Assembly: GCA_013265495.1 (NCBI GenBank)
Contig: MU058000.1
Span: 2,728,001 to 2,792,000 of the forward strand
Origin: Vicugna vicugna
Taxonomy: Eukaryota
DNA: 64,000 bases
Reading direction: 5' to 3'
Position 1 is the first letter of the stretch. Each line of letters starts with the position of its first letter. Shown here in pieces: positions 40,823-52,100 of the stretch. The notes beneath the pieces are model-generated. The model was not told the origin of the DNA. It was given only the letters and a program-made list of their open reading frames with translations, and did not search any database. Both the position numbers and the translations under genes were made by a program.

Positions 40823-42335
40823 CACGTGCCTGGATTTTGCACAGGAATGTTGCACCTCTGGACACAGGGGGGTGCTGGGTTTTATGGGCACTTCTGGGCA
40901 CTGGTTCCTCCCTCCCGCTGGTTCTAGGTGAGTGCTTATTGGCGTCAAACTGATTTGGCTACCTGCGGCACGTGAGACTGGACCAAGAGAATGAGGAGGC
41001 TCAGATACAGAGGTGAATTGTTTGGTTCCCCGAAATGCCAATGTGAAACATAAAGTAGAGAAGGCAAAGAATTAAATAACATGTGTATTGAGGTAGTAAT
41101 CAGTGCCAAGCCAAGTGGCGAAGCAGGCAAGTGTAGAGATTTTTCATTTCTCTGAAGGACCATCTACCTAAAGATTGTAGGGGAAATATAGAGATCTTAA
41201 AGGAAAAAGAAAGAAAAAGAAAAAAAGGGTCCATGTCATAGCCCAGTCCTTGTCTACCTCTCCAATCATCTCTTTCCTTGCCTTTCATCTTTTAAAAGCT
41301 TAAAAGATCTTGGTATCAGCCCGGACTCTCCTAACTTGTAAACTTCCTGATTCACTAGTTCATTCAGTGAAAATTAAGCTCTTCTTGACTTTTTTCAGTA
41401 TGACTGCATTTGCATTATGAGTTAAGTCATTTATTGTAGGATTCCTTAAGAATTAGTTCTGTACGTGTACCTATAAACTTGTAATATATAGAAATTAAGG
41501 AGTGTTTCATTCCATTTTTCTTTATAACTTCTGTATCAAACAATGACTTGATTATAATAGAGTTTTTAAATTATGGTTAATTTAACAAATTAGGACAGTC
41601 CAAAATTTCTAAGACTTCTTTGGAATTTCTCCCAGACCCTACCTAGAAGCAATTTTTTTCTCTTATATTGAATTTTTTTTTTGTCATCAAATGTTTAGAA
41701 TTGGATGAAGACTCGGACATTTTAAGTGAATTCTTTCATGATTAGACTAATAGGAAATTATGACATCTAATCATAACCTACCATTAGCTCAGTGGATTAC
41801 CTGCAAAGAAATGAGAAGAAAAAGAAAATTCCAGAGGTTAAAAAATGCTACATTTCATAGTATAAACTGCATTCTGCCCTTTGCCTAGGTAACACAAATG
41901 CATAATGATCTCTCTTGGTCCAGAAAGGCACTGTAACATCTTCATTACATTTGCCTTTATCTGGCATTCAGTCTGTTCAGGCCAAACATGTCTCTATTTA
42001 ATACTTCAGTTAAGCAAGTCCAATTAAACTTTATACTGACCTTTTTAAACAAAGGCATCTCAACTGATTCCAAAGCAGCATTATATGAGATGACTTTTTT
42101 CCTGTTTCCCTATGGTTTACACAGAGAAAGAAATCTCAAGGATAAATCTTTAGGATGTGTTCATGTATATTTTTGTGACTGTCCCCATGAGGTTATGATG
42201 AGAAAAGATTGTTGCTTAAAATGAATAAAAAAAAATCTATCAATGTACAATTAGTAAATCTATTTGATGTTTACTTATTGGCCAACTCTTTGTACAGGAC
42301 ATTTATGCAATTATGTATACTGCCTGTGTGCTAAC

Positions 42336-42437
42336 TGTTGTGTGCTGAATTAAGTCCCTCTCAAAACACCAGGTACCTCCAAATGTGAACTTATTTCACA
42401 ACAGAGTCTTTACAGATGTAACTAATTAAGATGAGGT
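42336..42437 (+). mobile_element. MLT1C-like LTR, 5' part (split by L1)
   Basis: tgttgtgtgctgaatt..gtacctccaaatgtgaacttattt..gtctttacagatgtaa..ttaagatgaggt. Confidence 0.85.
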
Positions 42438-44143
42438 TTGTTTTCACCAAACTAGAACAAATCATCCTAAAATGTATATGGAATCACAAAAGATGCAGAG
42501 TTGCCAAGGCAATATTGAAGGAAAAGAATGAAGCTGGAGGAATAACCTTCTCAGACTCCAGATAATACTGCAGAGCTACAGTAATCAAAACAGCACGGTA
42601 TTGGTATAAAAACAGACATATGGATCACTGGAACAGAATAGAGAGCCCAGAAATAAACCCACAAATTTTTGGTCAATGAATCTTTGACAAAAGAGGCAAG
42701 AATATGCAATGGAATAAAGACAATCTCTTCAGCAAATAGCGTTGGGATAACTGGACAGCTGCATGCAAGTCAATAAAGTTAGAACACACTCTCACAGCAT
42801 ACACAAAAATAAACTCAAAATGGCTTAATGATTTAAACATAAGATAAGACACTATAAAACTTTTAGAAGAAAACATAGGCAAAACATCATCTGACATAAA
42901 TCTTAGCAATGTTATGGTCTCCTAGGGCAGTCTACCCAAGCAATAGAAATAAAAGCAAAAATTAACAAATGGGACCTAATTAAACTTGTAAGCTTTTGCA
43001 CAGCAAAGGAAACCATAAGCAAAACAAAAAGACAACCTACAGAATGGGAGAAAATATTTGCAAAACATGAAACTGGTAGGGGTTTCATTTCCAGAATATA
43101 TAAACAGCTCATACAACTTAATAACAAAAAACAAACAACCCAAACCAAAAATGGGAAGAAGACCTAAACAAGAAATTATCCAATGAAGACACAACAAATG
43201 GTCAATAGGCACATGAAAAAATGCTCAGTATCGCTAATGATTAGAGAAATGCAAATCAAAACCACAATGAGGTATCACCTCACACCAGCCAGAATGGCCA
43301 TCATTCAAAAGTCCACAAAAGTATGTGCTGGAGAGGCTGTGGAGGAAAGGGAACCCTCCTACACTGCTGGTGGGAATGCAGTTTGGTGCAGCCACTGTGG
43401 AAAACAGCATGGAGATTCCTCAAAAGACTAAAAATAGACTTACCATATCATCCAGAAACCCCACTCCTGGGCATATATCTGGAGGAAAATATAAGTTGAA
43501 AAGACATATGTACCCCAATGTTAACAACAGCACTATTTGCAATAGCTAACACATGGAAACAACCTAAATGTCCACTGACAGAAGACTGGATAAAGAAGCT
43601 GTGGTATACTTATACAATGTGATAAATTTATAGTCAGCCATAAAAAATAATAAAATAATGTCATTTGCAGCAACATGGATGACCTGGAGATTGTCATTCT
43701 AAGTGAAGTAAGCCAGAAAGAGAAAGAAAAATACCATATGAGATCACTTACATGTGAAATCTTGAAAAAAAAAAAAGACAAATGAACTTATTTACAAAAC
43801 AGACATAGAAAACAGACATAGAAAACAAACTTATGGTTAGGGGGAGGGAAGAGAAAATTTGGAAGTTCGAGATTTGCAGTAACTAATATATATAAGATAG
43901 ATAAACAACAAATTCATATTATATAGCACAGGGAACTATATTCAATAACTTGTAGTAACTTATAGTGAAAAAGAATATGAAAATTAAAATATATGTATGT
44001 TCACGTATGACTGAAACATTATGCTGCACACCAGAAACTGACACAGCATTGTAAACTGACTATACTTCAATAAATATATATATACACATACAAATATACA
44101 TATATATATATATATATATATCTCAAACAAAAAAGAAAGAAAA
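42438..44143 (+). mobile_element. Relatively young 5'-truncated LINE-1 (lineage-specific), ORF2 3' third plus 3'UTR and (TA)n/A tail
   Basis: [34 protein letters not shown] (ORF 43183-43431); well-preserved ORF2 nucleotide motifs with frameshifts; tail ~44070-44143. Confidence 0.96.
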
Positions 44144-44144
44144 T

Positions 44145-44498
44145 CCATACTACACGAAGATGGGCTGCTAACCTAATACGACTGGTGTCCTTTTAAGAAG
44201 ACAACTATGTAAAGACAGAGGCACAACCACATGAAGACAGTGGCCCACGGGAAGAACGCCGTGTGGCGATGAAGGCAGAGATTGGAGTTATGCAGTTGCG
44301 AGCCAAGGGCTTCCAACAACTTCCAGCAAACCACCAGAAGCTGGGAAGAGGCAGAGGATAATTCCCTACAGGTTTCAGAGGGAGGGTGGCCCTCCCCACA
44401 CTGTGACTTCAGACTCATAGCCTCCAGGACTGTGAGATAATAGCTTTCTGTTGTTTGAAGCCACCCAATTTTCGGTATTTTATTATGGCATCTGACAC
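44145..44498 (+). mobile_element. MLT1C-like LTR, 3' part
   Basis: gactggtgtccttttaagaaga, gaaggcagagattggagttatgcag, ccaccagaagctggga, ctgttgtttgaagccaccca. Confidence 0.9.
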
Positions 44499-46489
44499 TC
44501 CCTGGCCATTTAAAGTATCCACACCAAGACAGCATGAATGAGAAGTGACCAGGCAGGAGAGGAAAGCAAGATAAGGATGGGACAGCCGTCTAATGCATGA
44601 CAGTTTGAAATGCATTAGGCAGGGATGGAGGAGGCGTTGCTTCTGCCTGGCAAGGTGTCAAAGAGATTAGAACTCAGAATCACGCCGTGAGAAAAGGAAA
44701 CCGTGGGTAAAGAGCTGTTACCGTGCTGCAGGAGCCCTCAAGGAGGACTGGCCTGGCTCTCAACAGTTCCATGCAACCATGTGTGCGTCTCCTCTGAGTG
44801 CAGGATTACCACACAGCATTTACAGCTCTCCCCAAAGCAGAAGCAGCATTCATTAAGCAAATATTCCAATGAGGATGTGGAAGCACAGGTTCTTTCGTAT
44901 TATTACAATTTTTTTTTTTTGGTCTTTCAAGAACGTTGCAAACACATACATTCCACACACTGTCTAAATTTATAAATGTGATCCCTCATTTCACATTTAG
45001 TTTCAGCCCAGTCCTAATCAGTTCAGTACATTAATTTCCAGATAACATTTCCTAAAATGATCCTAATTGGAACATGAACAACCTCAAGAATAATAAGAAA
45101 CTGGGAAGAAAACGAGGTCAGATTCGGGTAAAATGCAAAATCTAAAAAATAAGACCACATGAGCCATGTACAATTTCCTTTAAACAAATGTATTATTAAA
45201 GGAAATTGGTTAATATGCAAACCCATTAAATCACGTTCCATAATTATCTTTTTCCTCTTTAAATAACTCTTTTCTGAAGCGAGGCAAATCAGCACTTGAG
45301 CTATTTCCTCAGAATATGTTTGATTTGTAAATACAAGGCAAAAAAATAAAAACAACGAAAACATCCTATTAAAAATCAGACTAATTGGCAAAATGCCCTT
45401 TTCACTCTTTCAACAGATTTCAAAATCTCCGCCAAGCATCTGAATTTATGGTAGTTTTATCTTTCATCACTGTTGTCAGGTGACCTTCATTCAGCTCTCT
45501 GCGGACTTCCAAAGTGTAAATGAGCCCTTGAACTTGGTCATGAAAGGACATTTGACACAGAAAGTCAGAGTGAGACGAAAATATGTCTTTTTTATCGAAA
45601 TGTTTACTCTGAAGAATATTTAATTCTTCTTCTGCCAATTACTCGCAGGTTCGTTTCAGCTTTGTTTTTCTAGCCTCTTTCTCCCCACCCTTGAGTGACA
45701 GGTATATTAGCTAAGTTTGTCAGGCTAGTGGCCTGTCCCCTAGAGCAAACCCAGGAAGGGCTGACCTCATGCTCAGAGTGCACAGCCAGCTCAGCCTTCC
45801 CGGCGATCAGTCAGCGCCTGTGAGGGCCAGGCGGGGTCTCAGCTGCCTTCCCGAGTGAGCTTGATGATAAAGTTTATCCCATCAGGAAGGAAAGCATTGG
45901 TCAGACTCCAGTTGCAGGCCTTACGTTGAGAGTGAACTTTTCGACGTTTCAAATCTGCCACGTCAAATTAAGCAGAATAAAACCGGCTGTTTGCCGGATT
46001 ATTTATAACATCACAGGAAGCTTGGAATGACTTATTAAAGAATGGAAATATTTCTCTTTCTTTAGAAAAAAGCTTGCCTCTGCCAAGATACACAGCAATT
46101 GCCTGGGTATGGGAAGGGTGCAAGAGGGTTCCCACTTCCAAGGTTATTAAAACATACGTGGGTACATTTAAAAATCCAAACCAGCATGAGGATGAACAAT
46201 CCAAGGACAGCCTGGGGTGCCCTGAGGAGTTGCCTGGGCCCCGTGTTACAGGCACGTAAGAAACGAAAGTCTAACAGGAGCATTTGATTTGGCTGAGAAT
46301 GCTGCTGACCGTAAGCTTTGGCCAAAGGTGTTTATCACCCTAATAAGCCCCAAGGAATGCTGCCGGAAGGGTGACTTTGAAAGTGGTTTTAACATCCTTG
46401 CTCATTTACTGAACCTCACCGAGACCAGAAATCACTGAAGACAGCCGGCCACGGAGTTTGGCCTTATAGATACTGTGTACGTGAGATTT

Positions 46490-47110
46490 CCTTTTGATGT
46501 AATTTTACTTTTCCACTACCAGACAATGTTGGTTTCAGAAAGTGATTTGAGAATGTAGACATTTATGAAGCTTTTAGTCATCCAGAACCTTATCACCTAG
46601 AAATATCAATGATTAGCATTTTGCTGTATTTTTATCAGTCTTTTTTCCTATGCAAAATAATGTTCGCTTTCACAAACTATCTATGAAAAAATTATATTGT
46701 TGAGTAATGTGTATTTTAAATAAACAAATGTGTATGTGCTAATACTCACCCCATATACCTAAATATAAATATACACAAATACACACATCTATATATTGAT
46801 TTTATATTTTTAGTGACCTTTGAAAACCTGATGTTTAATGGCAGCATAATATTCCATTTCTTGGCTATTCCATAATTTATCTAAAATATTCTCCATTTTG
46901 GACTGTTTGTAATTATTCCTTTTTACTATGACAAAAAGTGCTACAATGAATATCTTCATATAAAAGCCTTCTTACTCTGAATATTGCTTTAGGGTAAATT
47001 TTAGTAAGTGAATTTAATTGGGTCAAAGAAAGTCAACACCTTCAGGACTCCTCATACATATTTCCCAACTGCTCTCCAGAAAGTTTGTACAAATTAACGC
47101 TCTCTTAGGA
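46490..47110 (-). mobile_element. Ancient L1 3' remnant (L1ME-like)
   Basis: gcagcataatattccatt, gctacaatgaatatcttcat, aactgctctccagaaagtttgtac. Confidence 0.5.
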
Positions 47111-48829
47111 GTATAGGTGGTTTCCCTAAACAGCAAATTTCAAGGTTATGAATCAAGATTCTCATACCATCTCCTTGAACATGCTTTTTCCCTAGCATCT
47201 TCTTTCTATCCAAACCTCAGTCAAATCTGTAAGACATATTGCTATTCTTTGTTCAGTGCTGATATAAAGAATATGATTATTTTACACAAAATATGCAAAC
47301 TCATGTACATATCTATCCATTTATGATATTTTTGATCCCCACAATGAGTTTTTTTTTTATATTATAAAGTGTCCTGCTTTCTCTGATTGTGTAATAGTGG
47401 TGATCGTTTAAAATTAAATATGCATATTTTCAAACTGGTACATTAAAACAACTTGTGTATTTATTATTTTGAGTGCTCACATATTTGTTGAGACAGATAA
47501 TACATAGGGCTGCACAAAATCCACGTCAGCGCACTGATGGCTGTGAGTCTTACATCTTCCATCTGTAATCCCAACTGACCGAGTGTGCCTCCTCTAGGTA
47601 AAAGGGACAGAAAACGCCATTACAAGTCAGTGCCACATGCAGAATAAGAACAAAGGCAGAGGAGAGCTGAGGGAAAAGAAGTACATGATACATCGATAGA
47701 GAGACAAGGAGATAGACAGATATGTGGGGGGTGGGGAGAGAATGAAACCCGAGGATGGTGGAAGATGATAGAGGAGGACTAAGTAAGGAACAACGCATGA
47801 CAGGTGGATAGGGAGACGGCATAAATGAGGGAGGGCGCGTTGTGCTCCACAAAGTGCTTTTGGCTTTTGCTCTGTAACAAATTTCCCTCACCTGTCTTTC
47901 CTCACCTTCCGGAAAGAACTGTATGGATCAGGAGACAAAAGCCAAGGGCATAATAATCTACCAGCACTAATTCTGGGTGGTTTTATGAAATCTTTTCCCC
48001 ACCCCTGCTTCTTCATCCCCCTTCTCTTATTCTCCCTCAGCTCAGCCTTATTATTTCCAGGACAGAGGGCACGCATATCAGTTCATTTGTATTTCGCTGC
48101 ATTGTTTTAGGAGCAATAGATCTGAAAAATCAACTCTCAAACAGGTATTCTTTTCTGTATACTTTCAACATCTGCATTCTTTCCTTTTTCTCCTTAAAAA
48201 ATGATAGAACCGAGACATCATATGCAGAGCATGTTTGAGGCGCTGTAAGTGTTATGGTAAAAAATAAATGATTTTTTAAATTACTCATATCTTGAAAATT
48301 TACCAAGTTCATTATTTTGTATTTAGAAAGAAACTAGTTGGAGGAATGAAAATGAGAATCTACATTGATTGTTGGAAAACAAATAGAAAAACAACTCGTT
48401 TCATTTTATATATGTGTATATATATATATATATATACACACACATACACAGATACACACACATGCTATAAATATACAAAATATATACTCACATAAACAAT
48501 AGGAAAATAACTTGTATATGTATGTATGTGTATATATGCACATACCCACATACCTATTCACTATTTCATTCACTGCTAAGTTATATTGGTGTAATAAAAT
48601 CTAATGATGTTTTGTTGTTAAAACATCCCCATTAAAGATTTACACATTCGATTCTTTTTATGTTCTAGGCAAAGGCTTGTAAAACAATATTGCATTGCTT
48701 AACATTTTTCCACATTTTACATTAAAAGCTTGATTGCCTGGAAAACGTTATAAAACAGAGTCATTGTGTAGTTAATATGAAAGTTGCTGCCCATTTAGTT
48801 TTCTTAAAAAGAATATTCACCATTACGTG

Positions 48830-49172
48830 AAAAGGTCTTTAAAATATGTATCCCTTTGTTTAAACTATATGTCTGTATAATGCCAAATTTTCTTCAGATA
48901 CCTCAACCAAAACAACATATTAAAACATTAAATGCAGAAGAAGATACAACAATCTAGCTGTCTTCATTAAAACATACATCAAAGGAATTTGCAAAAATGT
49001 AAAAAAAAAACTATAAAGCAATTCTTCTCATTTTTTTAAATTTTTGAAATATAGTTATTTTTAGAAATAGATGTATTCATTTTTATATCAATGGTCTTAC
49101 TTTTGTTTCAAGTGAATTATTAAATAAATATTTTTCTGTTTTGATTTATAATAAAACACATATTGATAGGTT
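48830..49172 (+). mobile_element. hAT Charlie1-like DNA transposon fragment
   Basis: ttttcttcagatacctcaaccaaaacaacatat..aatgcagaagaagata..agctgtctt..atttgcaaaaatgtaaaa match the recalled Charlie1 3' region. Confidence 0.8.
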
Positions 49173-52100
49173 AGAGCATCATTTTATTTCCTTGGGTATA
49201 TTTCTTATTTTTTTAAAAAGAAGATTAAATTAGCCTCTTTTTCCTCAAAAATGTAGCCTGAAATGATCTGTAATAGATCACTTGTTAAATTACAGATATC
49301 AAGACCCAGCCCAGAATCACCAAGTCAGAATCTACGAAAAAGAGGCCTTTCCTGGGAGAGACCTCAGGGATTTTTCAGGTTCCGTTAAAATCGGAATGTC
49401 ATCTGTAAATTGACCTCTGGTGGTTTTGCTTCACTCGTTACTCCTGCTGAGTAAATCAGAACCTCCAAACCCCCAGCTGTTTCAGGGGCAAGGATCGCCC
49501 AGGCCTCAGGTCCCCCTACACGTGTCTCCTTGTCAGGGTTGGCAGGTAAAACAGAGGATGAGCAGTTTAATCTGAATTTCATTGGACAATGAATTTTCTC
49601 TTTCACATAAACATGCTCCACACTAAGGTTAGGACATATGTTGTTTACCTAAATACTGGGTGAAGCACATTTGTCCTACGTGCTGTTGTGTGTGTTTTGC
49701 TAAGCCTGGCAGACCGATCACTTTTCCTTACGGTCCACTGCGGCTTCCAGGTTGTGATATCTGTAAACAGACTAAGTGAGACAATGTGGGTAGGTCTTAC
49801 CTACGGGCTTTATTAACTGCATTGACCTAGAGTCAAAGGGAAAATGGCAGAACCCAGCAACGCTTTTAGGATCACAGTTGAACTTTTATCCATGATCTTT
49901 TATATACTCTTTCATACTGCAAACCTCTCTAAACATTCCCCAGAACTTCTTCCAGAAAGAATCTCCATGAAACTCAAGTGGCTGTACTTCCAATGACTGT
50001 TTACTTCATTTCAATGTAGTTTTTTTTCCCCCATTTTTAAAGTCATTAGCACATTGGAAACCACCTCATTACCAGAGGAACTGGGAGTCAAAAATGTGCA
50101 GTTTAATCTCCATTGAAGCCTTTTTGCATCATGTCAAAATTCAACTCTGCTTTCAGCTGCCCTTTCATGCGTGGTGGTAAGAATGTAAACATTCTTTAGT
50201 TCCTTCCTCCTTGTTTTGTCTGCCTTTCCAGAAGGTCTGCGTGCCCTCTGCTCAGGCCTCTACATTTTCTGGGCTCTTAACTGTGTTTCCACAAACCCCA
50301 GAACCCTCTCCTCTTCTATAACACAGACGTCCCTCCGAGCAAAGTGTCCGCTCAACAACCTTTTTAACCTCTTCTGATTCCAGTGCGCTCTGATTCTACT
50401 TGATGAAGATAAAAAGAATGTTCCCAAATTTACTTGTCGGAAAGGAAGGATTCTGTTTTTAAGAAAATTGTCAAGGATTCGGTAAAATATCTCACCAGTG
50501 AATGTTTGCTTTTTCTACTGACCTCAGCTTACTCCTGAGCAACCTGCAAAAACAGCCATTTTTATTTATTCCTCTGTGATTAGAGGGTAGTTCTGATTTT
50601 CTAGTATCTGGCTTTCTCTTCCACTTATTTTCATAGTCGATTTCCACTTTGGCCATTGCCATGGCCAGGTTTCACATATAAAGTGATGTTTGGCCTTGTT
50701 TAGGATCTAAAGGAGAAACAAGATTCTGACCTCAAAAGTTGAAGTCCCACCATATGCTGAATAGGGACGTTCTCTTGAATTACAAAGAGGAAGTGTCCTT
50801 TCTACCAGTCAATTCATCAGCTTAGCCTAGAATTTGAATTCAGAAAATATCTTACTAGAAAACCCAGTAAGTAACTTGAATTGAAGACATGTTTATGATG
50901 CATGAATTTTTTCAGATTTTTTTCAGGCAATTAATTGATTCCCCTCCCACCAAAAAAAAGGAAAACAGGAAAAGCCTCTGTGATATTTTCAGGTCTATAT
51001 TTTGTTGTTTTTAACTGATGGTTTCAAGTACTGGGAAATTTAAATCAAGTTCTCACAGTCAACCAGGTTGCAGAAAGAAAAATTAAATGGGCCGTTTATA
51101 TTTGTCTATATTGTGTAAGATGATTCTCTGACCGAGCTATGTTATTTTCTGTTTTTTTATTATTTATTTTCTAGGCATACGTGTCTGCTGTCACCACCCA
51201 CACTTACCTGATTTCCATTTTAGACCTTATAAGAACAGTATTTTTATCAGGTTGGTACTTCTCCAGCCCTATTTTCCCCCATATTGTAAAAATAAGATTA
51301 CAAGGACATTAAAGGGATTTTTGAAAGAAAAAAAAAGCAGTAATACATTCCTAGCACCACAGCACAGATTATTTGTATTTACCTAGATTTGCCTTTGAGT
51401 CTTTTTTTTTAAACAAATATGTATAAAATATTTGTTAGAGTTTACAGTAAAATTTAGTGCATGTTTTAGTTTTTGAAAATTTTACTTATATGGTTATTTT
51501 AAGGATTTCATGAGAATATAAATGTGAGTGTATTTAGCATAATGCCAATCAAACAGGTACTTGCATAGATCTTTGAACCTGTGACTCTAATTAAACTTCT
51601 TTCCATGTTGTAAAGTGCATAATATCTAGTCAAGTTGATACTCAAATCTCATGCAAATATTGTCATTGTAGATTTTTTTCCCTTTCCTTTATTTTAAATT
51701 TTTTTCTTTGTTTTAAATTACAGGTAATGACACAATGAATGTTAGCATTTTTTTTTCCCATTCTGTGAATTTTGGGAGACTAGGATTTCTAGACCAGAAG
51801 ATTTGAACACTGAGCTTTCCAAAGATGATACCAATTTCTACTGCCATCAAAATAATTATAGCATATATATTCATCATCACATTATCAAGATTGTTTCTTC
51901 TTCAACTAAAACTTTCTAAAAATAACTTAAAATACTGTTTATTTTTATTAAAGATATTTCTTTTAATTCTTGCATTACCGTGGAGGCCAAATCTTTTTCA
52001 AAATCCTAGGTGCTCTATTTATTTTTAAATACTTTGGCAGGAAGGTATGGCTGTGACTTTCTTAGTAAGTAAAAAGCAGACAATTTTAGATATGAAATTT

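Noticed and set aside
43796..43826. 13-bp tandem repeat aaaacagacatag
   Set aside because: Lies within the L1 3'UTR, where this repeated phrase is ordinary.
45420..45638. 72-aa protein-like ORF on the minus strand
   Set aside because: Non-ATG start, no recognisable family, no convincing flanking splice sites.
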